Source of the DNA: Candidatus Bathyarchaeota archaeon
GTDB taxonomy: Archaea > Thermoproteota > Bathyarchaeia > Bathyarchaeales > Bathycorpusculaceae
NCBI GenBank assembly: GCA_963715865.1
Contig: OY970280.1
Coordinates: forward strand, 1,952,001-2,016,000
DNA: 64,000 nucleotides
Direction: 5' to 3'
Shown here: positions 19,888 to 27,389 of the stretch, in pieces
Layout of the letters: each line of letters starts with the position of its first letter
Position numbering within the stretch: position 1 is the stretch's first letter
The notes under the pieces: model-generated
What the model saw: only the letters and a program-made list of their open reading frames with translations
Database searches by the model: none
What the model was told of the DNA's origin: nothing
Position numbers and translations under genes: made by a program

Positions 19888-20487
19888 CTAAGGCTTTTTT
19901 TGCATTAATGCTGTAAAAAAGAAACGTATGTAGCCGTCGCCTTCCCGCGAAGGATAATGCTCAATCTTGTCTATCTGGAAATAGTCGGAGAATAAGTTAA
20001 CTATCTGCTGCCTTGTGAAATGATTCCACGCTGGCCCGTTCATGTAGCTAAAACAGGTAAGCATGTAAACGCCTCCTTTCTTTAAAACGCGAAAAACACC
20101 TTTAATGAATGTGGGTCGGTCTTCAACTTCAACGTGGTGGAAGCAGCCCATGTCAAAAACGAAATCGAACGCTTCATCCTTAAACGACAAATCAATAAAA
20201 CTCTCGGTCAGAAAGTTAATGTTAACTTTTGCTTGCTTTGCTTTTTTCTTTGCCATCCCAATAGCAGTCAATGAAATGTCAATGCTTGTTACGTCAAAAC
20301 CGCTTTGGGCAAGGTAGATAGGGTTGGTTCCAGCCCCGCAGCAAGTATCCAAGGCTTTGCCTTTTTTTATTAGCCCTTTTTCTACGTATTCAACAAGTAT
20401 TGGTCTGGGTTTGCCAAGTTCCCAGCCTAACTCTCCAAGGGGATACTTGCGGTAATACTCGTCCCAATCAGCGTAATCAGAACACAT
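19888..20487 (-). CDS. Class I SAM-dependent methyltransferase (TehB/TPMT-like)
   Basis: ALDTCCGAG motif I and DMGCFHH; start set at ATG 20487. Confidence 0.85.
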   Translation of the reverse strand: MCSDYADWDEYYRKYPLGELGWELGKPRPILVEYVEKGLIKKGKALDTCCGAGTNPIYLAQSGFDVTSIDISLTAIGMAKKKAKQAKVNINFLTESFIDLSFKDEAFDFVFDMGCFHHVEVEDRPTFIKGVFRVLKKGGVYMLTCFSYMNGPAWNHFTRQQIVNLFSDYFQIDKIEHYPSREGDGYIRFFFTALMQKKP

Positions 20488-20700
20488 AAAAAAACCACAT
20501 AGTAGATGCTTGTTGCGAAATTTTAACCTATTTCCAGAAGCAAGAGCCAATTTTTATGTAAAGAGTGGGAGATAGTTCTTTGTGCGTGCGAGCACAGTGC
20601 CCTTAACTGGAAAACTCAAAGGCGAACCATTGAAACGCACAAAAAGTTATTAGCCTCTTTAAAAGTTATTTGTGTGTCGTTCAAAACGGTGACTATTTAG

Positions 20701-21564
20701 GTGTCCTTTGAAATCCAAGAGTTACCTGACGTTATCCGCGTTATTGTCCTATTAAACCTAAGCAAGGGCGCTAAAATAAAAAAATCAGCCCTAAAAAACC
20801 GGGTTGACGGCATCTGCGTTAGCTACGCCTGCATAGAAATGAACGAGTTGGATAAAGCACTCAAAGAAATGTCTGCTGAAGGGCTTATCATCGAAAAAGA
20901 AGACATGGTGCAGTTAACGCCGCAAGGCCAAAGGCTAGGCAAAGAATGGGAAAGTCTTCTCTTAAAGAAAGAACCTATCATGGAAGTTGTAGCTGGTTTA
21001 GTTGATGGCTCAATAACCAGTTTAGTCGTTATTCTCTCAGCTTTCATAGCAACGTTAACCGCTAACACCGCATTTTTTGGGAACCCGAAAACAGTCGTTT
21101 TCGCTGCCTTCTTAACACTGAGCGCAGTTGCCATAACCAACTTCTCAAGCTTCCTCCTTGGCGGAATCACCGAAGACTTAGCTGACATCATGACGCTGCA
21201 GAACTTGATGAATTACAGTCTAAGTGACATACCTGACAAGAAAGAACGCGACAAATCCTTGCTGTTAGTGCAGAAACTCTTTACTTTACTTGGCAAACAA
21301 ATACACAGGTCGAATCTTTACGCGGCCATAATCTGTGGAACCACAACTTTTCTTGCTGGAATCTTCCCAATTGCAGCTTACCTAGTTCTTCCGCCCTATT
21401 ACAATATTGTCGTGTCGCTCATTCTAGTTATCGCTATTGCAGGGGTATTCCTAGTCCGGTACCGCTCAAAGAAGACCCGAGTGAACTGGAAAGTAACACT
21501 CTCCGAGACTATAGCCATCGTTATAATCGCAACCGTTGCATCCTTACTGCTTGGCGCAATATAG
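20701..21564 (+). CDS. Winged-helix domain fused to a VIT1/CCC1-like membrane domain
   Basis: N-terminal wHTH wing (LKEMSAEGLI...VQLTPQG), then EVVAGLVDGSITS and about five TM helices ending FLAGIFPIAAY as in VIT1/CCC1. Confidence 0.6.
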   Translation: MSFEIQELPDVIRVIVLLNLSKGAKIKKSALKNRVDGICVSYACIEMNELDKALKEMSAEGLIIEKEDMVQLTPQGQRLGKEWESLLLKKEPIMEVVAGLVDGSITSLVVILSAFIATLTANTAFFGNPKTVVFAAFLTLSAVAITNFSSFLLGGITEDLADIMTLQNLMNYSLSDIPDKKERDKSLLLVQKLFTLLGKQIHRSNLYAAIICGTTTFLAGIFPIAAYLVLPPYYNIVVSLILVIAIAGVFLVRYRSKKTRVNWKVTLSETIAIVIIATVASLLLGAI

Positions 21565-21568
21565 CCCG

Positions 21569-21994
21569 CTAAGCTAAGCGGTGATGCTCAACCATCAAAC
21601 ACTTATCCATAACAACAATCAAACCAGCACGCCTAGCCGCCTCAGCAGCCTGCTCATTAACTATTCCAAGCTGCATCCAAACCACAAAAGGCTTACCATA
21701 CAATGCTCTAAGTTTAATGGCTTGTTCTACTATCAGCGGAACGTCCTTTGCTGGCCTGAAAATGTCAACGATTTCGATGGTTTTCTGGATTTCAGGCGGA
21801 ATATCAAGCAGGTTCTTGTAACTTTTCTCGCCAAGAACTTCATCTGCAAATGGATTTACGGGTATAATGCGGTATCCATGCTGTTTTAGGTAAGCGCTAA
21901 CTTTATGGCTGTCTTTCCCCGGCTCTTTGGATAACCCAACAACCGCGATAACCGTGTATTTCTTTAAGATTTCTTTAATTTGACTTTGACTCAA
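21569..21994 (-). CDS. CoA-binding domain protein (YccU-like)
   Basis: IAVVGLS, IIPVNP, DIFRP, VWMQLGI and MDKC motifs. Confidence 0.92.
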   Translation of the reverse strand: MSQSQIKEILKKYTVIAVVGLSKEPGKDSHKVSAYLKQHGYRIIPVNPFADEVLGEKSYKNLLDIPPEIQKTIEIVDIFRPAKDVPLIVEQAIKLRALYGKPFVVWMQLGIVNEQAAEAARRAGLIVVMDKCLMVEHHRLA

Positions 21995-22017
21995 CCGAAC
22001 CCTTCCAAAAAAATTGC

Positions 22018-22128
22018 TTATGGCGCTTCGCTTAGTTTTAACTCAAAAAAGAGCTCCCTACCATTGTTAACTACGCTTTTAGTTACTTTTTCAATGATGT
22101 CTAAAACAGCATTCTCGTCATATAGCAT
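22018..22128 (-). pseudogene. Internally deleted HtrA/DegP-like protease remnant (36 aa)
   Basis: MLYDENAVLDIIEKVTKSVVN joined to NGRELFFELKLSEAP*; resembles the N-terminus of an S1C protease fused to the last strand of a PDZ domain. Confidence 0.5.
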
Positions 22129-22188
22129 TGAATTTTCCTCAAAATCAGTTTAATCTTTGCTTTTAATAAATAAATTCCCTTTTTTTAG

Positions 22189-22575
22189 TTAGCGGCAGAA
22201 GAAGCAGTTTTCCGCCCACTCTTGGGGCATTTCTTTTTGGCAATGTGGACACATTAATCCTTTTTCTCTGATGGCTTTGCATGTTTGGCAGAAGAGTTTG
22301 AGGATTTCTGTTTTGTTGTTTGGTTCTTTTATGAGGGAAGTTACCATTTGGTCTATAAGTGCCAAGACTTCAGTCGCGTTTTCGACTGTGAGTAGGTTTC
22401 CTCTTTCTTTATTTACATATCTGCTTACTGCGGATTGGGATAAGCCGAGAAGTTCTGCGGTTTGTTTTTCGTTCAATCCATGTTTTTCGACGATTGACCT
22501 CGCCATGATAGCTTTGACTGCGGGTAAAACGGTTTTTACTCCCACTTCGCACGGTAGTATCAAATTCCACACCAA
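22189..22575 (-). CDS. HTH transcriptional regulator (COG2522-like) with Cys-rich C-terminus
   Basis: LPCEVGVKTVLPAVKA...LLGLSQSAVSRY; C-terminal CxxC, CxxC, CxxC. Confidence 0.8.
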   Translation of the reverse strand: MVWNLILPCEVGVKTVLPAVKAIMARSIVEKHGLNEKQTAELLGLSQSAVSRYVNKERGNLLTVENATEVLALIDQMVTSLIKEPNNKTEILKLFCQTCKAIREKGLMCPHCQKEMPQEWAENCFFCR

Positions 22576-22604
22576 TTACTCTTATTTCTGGGGGAAACTT
22601 ATTT

Positions 22605-22642
22605 AAATATGACGCTTGTCATATTTTTATGACGCGTGTCAT
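22605..22642. promoter_or_regulatory. Tandem palindromic operator ATGAC-N4-GTCAT (two copies) between divergent regulators
   Basis: AAATATGAC-GCTT-GTCATATTT (22605-22626, perfect 9-bp arms) and ATGAC-GCGT-GTCAT (22629-22642). Confidence 0.7.
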
Positions 22643-22734
22643 GACGGGCTATCAATCGCAAAAAAGCAGTTTTACACCCAATCTCTCACTCCTTACCCGT
22701 CACGACACACGCGCCAGGATAGGAGAATAAACAA

Positions 22735-23679
22735 ATGGGCAACGTCCTGTCACCACCTCGAAAAGGCGACAACCACGACTTAGCGGGAATGCTCAGGTCA
22801 CTTAATGCAGAATGCAGAAACTGTGCTCCAATAACACCCTTAGAGTGCATAAGCCGATGCCGAGTATACAAACTAAAAAACGAGCTAAGAAAACTCCGCG
22901 AAACCATGGACAAACCAAACTACATAAAAGAACTCTTCAACGTCTTAAAAAATGAGACGAGACTGCACATTCTACAAGCAATCGTAAACGGCAGATACTC
23001 AGTAAGCCAACTACAACAAGAACTAAAAAAAACAGGACACAGCCACAGCCAAGACACCATCAGCGAGGAATATTTACGCCCATTAATGGCAGTAGGGCTA
23101 GCGACCGAAGCACGAGACGAATACTACGCAACCACGTTCGGTGGTCGTCTAACAGAGTTACTTGGAAACTTCCCTGAATTTGTCGAAATGCTACCAGCCC
23201 ACTCAGAATGTTATGAAGAAACCCTTCTACAATCCTTACTATCGGGACCGAAAACGTTTGAAGCCATTGAAGCCCTTATCTCGCCAAAAATCGCTTCACG
23301 AATCCTCAAACGCTTACGCTCAGCCGGTTTAATAGAAACTTCCATGGAAAGAGACTACATATTTTTCTTCAAATCAAAACGAGATCCCGACAAAGAAAAC
23401 TTCACATTAACCGAACGAAGAATTTACGACGCAATCCATAATGAAGGAATTTCCGCCGGAAAACTTGCCAAAGAAACAGGACTTTCCATAAGAAGAACCT
23501 ACAAGTATCTAAGAGGCTTGAAAGGCAAAAAACTAGTTTTCATAAGAAAAACGCCGAAAGCCTACGGTTTAACCTGCAAAGGTGAAAAGTTAGCTTCAGT
23601 ACTGCAGGAGCTTCAGCAAATAGTCGAAGAGACATGGAACTCTTCTGAACAAGTCATGCATGGCAATGCTAACTCTTAG
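22735..23679 (+). CDS. Multi-wHTH regulator with N-terminal four-Cys motif
   Basis: CRNC-x6-C-x3-C, followed by about three wHTH-like repeats (LKNETRLHILQAI...; GLIET; GISAGKLAKETGLS). Confidence 0.65.
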   Translation: MGNVLSPPRKGDNHDLAGMLRSLNAECRNCAPITPLECISRCRVYKLKNELRKLRETMDKPNYIKELFNVLKNETRLHILQAIVNGRYSVSQLQQELKKTGHSHSQDTISEEYLRPLMAVGLATEARDEYYATTFGGRLTELLGNFPEFVEMLPAHSECYEETLLQSLLSGPKTFEAIEALISPKIASRILKRLRSAGLIETSMERDYIFFFKSKRDPDKENFTLTERRIYDAIHNEGISAGKLAKETGLSIRRTYKYLRGLKGKKLVFIRKTPKAYGLTCKGEKLASVLQELQQIVEETWNSSEQVMHGNANS

Positions 23680-23712
23680 CAAACAATCCCCAAAAGCCAC
23701 TTTCCTTTTTTG

Positions 23713-24198
23713 TTATCCGCCACCAGGGGCTCCGTGAAACGGCACGTTTTCCCAGAGCAGTTTCCACCAATCCGCCTCTGTTATGGTTTCTCCGTGAACA
23801 ATTATATCCAGAACCATCTTTAGCATAGCGTGGTGTCTACATTCATCAGCCAATATGGCCTTTAAGAGAAACTCAACTTTCTTATTCTCAATTGTGGGCA
23901 TGATAGCTTCAAGTTTTTTTATTAATTTCGCTTCTATCTCAATGTGTTTCTCCACTAGTGCTCTTTGCTCATCAAGATTTTCCTGAGTTAATGCTGTAGA
24001 AGCATGTGTCAACAAGGTAATGGCTGCCGAGTAAAGTTCTGCATGCTTCACAGAATCCAACGATACACCCTTTAATACTCCTTTAACAGCTGGATTTTTC
24101 ATGTCAACAATTGCTTTTTCAAGGGAGGCTACAATTTCTTTTTCTATTACTATTTGATTTTTCAAAAATTCGAGGAGATTATTCTTTGATTTTTCCAT
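23713..24198 (-). CDS. Ferritin-like (rubrerythrin-type four-helix) protein
   Basis: E...DSxKH...E...DExRH diiron-carboxylate-like pattern. Confidence 0.75.
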   Translation of the reverse strand: MEKSKNNLLEFLKNQIVIEKEIVASLEKAIVDMKNPAVKGVLKGVSLDSVKHAELYSAAITLLTHASTALTQENLDEQRALVEKHIEIEAKLIKKLEAIMPTIENKKVEFLLKAILADECRHHAMLKMVLDIIVHGETITEADWWKLLWENVPFHGAPGGG

Positions 24199-24222
24199 TT
24201 TTTTCTCCCATCCGCTTAAGTG

Positions 24223-24666
24223 TTAAGTCCTGTTCATCAAGCTTTCGGAAATTCTTTTTCCTAAATCCCTACAGGCGCTAAGCATTTTTTGGTCAGGAAC
24301 ATAATTAACTAGTAAAGGCGGTTCAACCACAAGCATTTCAAACTTGTTTTTCATAATTTCCAAAATATTTTTGGGTGCTTCACCGCTCCATCCATAAGAA
24401 CCAAATGTTGCGCCTATTTTACCCTTCAAACTTATGCCCTTTGCTGCAACTTCCTCGAAAAGTCTTTTGAAATCAACAGGCAACTCATGATAATAAGTTG
24501 GTGCACCGACAATTATAGCATCAAAAGTGCTCAGTTCCTCAGGTTCAACGTGAAAGTTTAATTCCACTTCAATGTTATCGTTGATTTGTGCTCCCTCAGC
24601 TACGGCTTTCGCCATTTTTTCAGTATTTCCGGTTCTGCTATAATATAGGACAAGAATTTTCTTCAT
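24223..24666 (-). CDS. Flavodoxin-domain protein
   Basis: SRTGNTEKMA, GAPTY and FGSYGWSG motifs. Confidence 0.9.
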   Translation of the reverse strand: MKKILVLYYSRTGNTEKMAKAVAEGAQINDNIEVELNFHVEPEELSTFDAIIVGAPTYYHELPVDFKRLFEEVAAKGISLKGKIGATFGSYGWSGEAPKNILEIMKNKFEMLVVEPPLLVNYVPDQKMLSACRDLGKRISESLMNRT

Positions 24667-24771
24667 AAAAACGTAATAGAATTAATTATTATTTCAATAT
24701 TTTGGCGTTTCATGCTTGAATGAGAAATTAAACAATAAGAAAGAGCATGCAAAAGTGTGGTCTATCCATTG

Positions 24772-25041
24772 TCATTCTCGTTTAGTACGTCCCACTTCTG
24801 CCCTTCGTCTTCTACCACGCGTTACTTTGGTTCCAATGATTTTACTTCCTCGGCTTTCGCCACCTTTCCTGCCTATTTCTTTATAGAATTCGGAACCACG
24901 CTCTTCAGCTACTTTTTCTCCACCTTTCCTACCAATTTCCCTATAAAATTCTCGACCTCTTTCTCTTGCCACTTTTTCTCCACCTTTTCTGCCGGCTTCT
25001 TCACGGGTCATCTTCCTTTTTTCTTCACTTTTAACCGCCAA
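24772..25041 (-). CDS. KGG-repeat general stress protein (GsiB/YciG/Em-like), copy 1
   Basis: EAGRKGG and two FY(R/K)EIGRKGG repeats; GGAGGTGA SD with TTG start. Confidence 0.88.
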   Translation of the reverse strand: MAVKSEEKRKMTREEAGRKGGEKVARERGREFYREIGRKGGEKVAEERGSEFYKEIGRKGGESRGSKIIGTKVTRGRRRRAEVGRTKRE

Positions 25042-25108
25042 AACTATTCACCTCCGATATTTTTTGAAAAAAGCTGTCTTGTTATCTATTCCAAGGATAG
25101 CCCTTAAG

Positions 25109-25119
25109 CATATGTGGTT
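25109..25119 (-). promoter_or_regulatory. Conserved ARCCACATAWG element abutting a TATA-like box, copy 1
   Basis: Minus strand AACCACATATG followed by CTTAAG, 68 nt upstream of the KGG copy 1 start. Confidence 0.55.
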
Positions 25120-25225
25120 ATCAAGAAGCAATCACAAACCTACCAGGCATAACTTTGGTTTAACTACTTGTGGAGGCTCTAGTAAAAAAACTGAAATAAA
25201 GAAAACTGAATGACAATTTATTTGT

Positions 25226-25510
25226 TTATTCAATTTTGCCTATTTCTTTTGTTACATCGATTGGCGAGTTATAGGTCTTATCTGGCAGCTTGTTCAATAA
25301 ATCTATCACGTCGTCGGGGGCATCTTTATTCTGAGCATTATTTAATAAGTTCTTCTTTTCAGCCGGATAATGTATCCCGCCGAGATACTTTTCTACAATA
25401 GCTGGGCTCACATGACCAGATTTTCCGCTTCTATTTGTATACTGCCGTCTAGTTCCTCTACCTTGACCTATTCCTCTACGCCTAGTTGTTTGAGTTTCTT
25501 GTCTACTCGT
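25226..25510 (-). CDS. DUF2795 domain protein; probable ACG start (canonical-start ORF begins at GTG 25411)
   Basis: KYLGGIHYPAEK...LLNKLPDKTYNSPIDV; 33 open codons upstream to ACG, which lies 6 nt after GGAGGTGA. Confidence 0.75.
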   Translation of the reverse strand, partial: TSRQETQTTRRRGIGQGRGTRRQYTNRSGKSGHVSPAIVEKYLGGIHYPAEKKNLLNNAQNKDAPDDVIDLLNKLPDKTYNSPIDVTKEIGKIE

Positions 25511-25574
25511 TGCTTTTCACCTCCATATTCTTAAACGAATTAACTTTGAAAGAAAAAACATGATTACTTACCGT

Positions 25575-25742
25575 TTATTCCTCTTCACGCTCTTTCCCTT
25601 CCCGAACAAGCTTGCGAACCTTTTGTCCGCCTTTTCTGCCTATTTCGCTGTAAAATTCTGGGCCATGAGTCTCCGCTGTTTTTTCACCACCCAAACGCCC
25701 AGCCTCTTCAACAGTCATCTTTCCTTTCCTTTTCTCTGCCAA
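25575..25742 (-). CDS. KGG-repeat stress protein, copy 2 (55 aa; absent from ORF track)
   Basis: Hand translation MAEKRKGKMTVEEAGRLGGEKTAETHGPEFYSEIGRKGGQKVRKLVREGKEREEE*; GGAGGTGA SD with TTG start. Confidence 0.88.
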   Translation of the reverse strand: MAEKRKGKMTVEEAGRLGGEKTAETHGPEFYSEIGRKGGQKVRKLVREGKEREEE

Positions 25743-25806
25743 TAAATTCACCTCCTAAAAATTAACTTAAACCAAAATTTAGAAAATGCACAAAATTAGC
25801 CTACAG

Positions 25807-25986
25807 TTACTCGTTCTCGTGCTCTTTTCCTTCCTAGATGAGCTCGCGAACTCTATGTCCGCCCTTACTTTCTATTTCTTCATAAAACTTTCGCCCATGT
25901 GTCTCAGCGGTCTTTCGTCCACCTTTCTGGCCGCCTTTCCTTCCAGCTTCTTCAACGCTCATTTGGCCTTTCTTTTTTTCAGTCAG
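25807..25986 (-). pseudogene. KGG-repeat stress protein, copy 3, with in-frame TAG at codon 51
   Basis: (CTG) MTEKKKGQMSVEEAGRKGGQKGGRKTAETHGRKFYEEIESKGGHRVRELI*EGKEHENE*; TAG at 25834-25836. Confidence 0.75.
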
Positions 25987-26061
25987 TGTATTTTACCCCC
26001 TAAGAAATCAGAACATGCACATTTGACCCCAAAGGGACGATTCAGTAAAAAAATTGTTTGT

Positions 26062-26313
26062 TTATTCTTGTTCATGTTCTTTTCCAACTTGAATAAGCCT
26101 GCGAACCTTTTGACCCCCTCTATGCCCAGCCTCTTCCAGGCTTGTTTTTCCTCTTGCTTCTAGTGAGCCTTCGTGCTGCTTGGCTCTCTCAGAACCACCT
26201 TTACTTCCTATTTCGCTGTAAAATTCTGGGCCATGAGTCTCCGCTGTTTTTTCACCGCCCAAACGCCCAGCCTCTTCAACAGTCATCTTTCCTTTCCTTT
26301 TCTCTTCACTCAC
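26062..26313 (-). CDS. KGG-repeat stress protein, copy 4
   Basis: EAGRLGG, FYSEIGSKGG and EAGHRGG; GTG start 26313 after GGAGGTGA. Confidence 0.88.
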   Translation of the reverse strand: MSEEKRKGKMTVEEAGRLGGEKTAETHGPEFYSEIGSKGGSERAKQHEGSLEARGKTSLEEAGHRGGQKVRRLIQVGKEHEQE

Positions 26314-26390
26314 GCATATCACCTCCACAAAAGGGTTAACAGTCGCTTTCTCAATTTCCCAATTTTCTAGCCCGAAACATAACTTTTAAA

Positions 26391-26401
26391 CATATGTGGC
26401 T
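26391..26401 (-). promoter_or_regulatory. Conserved ARCCACATAWG element abutting a TATA-like box, copy 2
   Basis: Minus strand AGCCACATATG followed by TTTAAAAG, 78 nt upstream of the copy 4 start. Confidence 0.55.
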
Positions 26402-26536
26402 GTCTTAACACAGTAACAACGGGAAAAAGAGCCTTTTTTAGTCCAAAATGGAATATAGGCTATGAATAAATTGAAAAAACTTTTAACGTGGAAAATGAGC
26501 TTTCCAAATCTAAAATAAGATGAATATCAGTTTTAC

Positions 26537-26731
26537 CTATTCCTCTTCGTGTTCTTTTCCTTCGCGGATGAGCTTACGGACTCTTTGCCCACCTTTCGGT
26601 CCGCCTATCTTTCCACCCTTGCGGCCTATTTCACTATAGAATTCTTCTCCATGGGTTTCGGAGGTTTTTAGCCCGCCTTTCCTCCCTGCTTCAGCAACAG
26701 TCATTTTACCTTTTTTTTCTTCTCTTGACAA
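26537..26731 (-). CDS. KGG-repeat stress protein, copy 5
   Basis: EAGRKGG and FYSEIGRKGG; SD with TTG start. Confidence 0.88.
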   Translation of the reverse strand: MSREEKKGKMTVAEAGRKGGLKTSETHGEEFYSEIGRKGGKIGGPKGGQRVRKLIREGKEHEEE

Positions 26732-26827
26732 TGCCTTTCACCTCCATAAAAAACAAACTATGCCTTTGATATCTAAAGAACCAGGAAATTAACAAGTAGT
26801 TACAAAAATAGTTGATAAAAAGACCTG

Positions 26828-27142
26828 TTATTCTTCCTCATGTTCTTTGCCTGCTTGGATTAGTTTTCGGACCCTCTGTCCACCTCTATGTCCTGCTTCT
26901 TCCAGGCTTGTTTTTCCTCTTGCTTCTAGTGAGCCTTCATGCTGCTTAGCTCTCTCAGAACCGCCTTTGCTTCCTATTTCGCTGTAAAATTCTGGGCCTC
27001 GCTCTTGAGAAACTTTTTCGCCGCCTTTGCGACCTATTTCCTCATAAAATTCTCGTCCATGAGTTTGAGCAGTTCTTTCTCCGCCTCTCCTCCCTGCTTC
27101 AGCAACAGTCATCTTGCCCTTTCTACTTTCTTCTTCACGCAT
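26828..27142 (-). CDS. KGG-repeat stress protein, copy 6 (longest)
   Basis: Four E(A/I)G(R/S/H)(K/R)GG units; ATG 27142 (TTG 27148 is an alternative start). Confidence 0.88.
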   Translation of the reverse strand: MREEESRKGKMTVAEAGRRGGERTAQTHGREFYEEIGRKGGEKVSQERGPEFYSEIGSKGGSERAKQHEGSLEARGKTSLEEAGHRGGQRVRKLIQAGKEHEEE

Positions 27143-27215
27143 ACTCAAAAAATTGTCACCTCCTATTAAACTATGGAAAAGTTACCAATAGTAGAGCCGA
27201 ATAACCGCTCATAAA

Positions 27216-27226
27216 CTTATGTGGTT
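27216..27226 (-). promoter_or_regulatory. Conserved ARCCACATAWG element abutting a TATA-like box, copy 3
   Basis: Minus strand AACCACATAAG followed by TTTATG, 74 nt upstream of the copy 6 start. Confidence 0.55.
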
Positions 27227-27389
27227 GTAGCATAACTGTAACATGCTAACTAAGCACCATAAAATATTCTGAAATATGAATAAATAAACAAAAAACAGCT
27301 TACACTATGAACTTCCAAATGATAATTTAAATTATAAGTTAATTTAAATATCTCCGACTGGTCAACTTAATAATCATTGGGTAACCTGA

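Noticed and set aside
24772-27142. Repeated DNA that could suggest a CRISPR array
   Set aside because: The repeats are coding KGG units of variable length without unique spacers.
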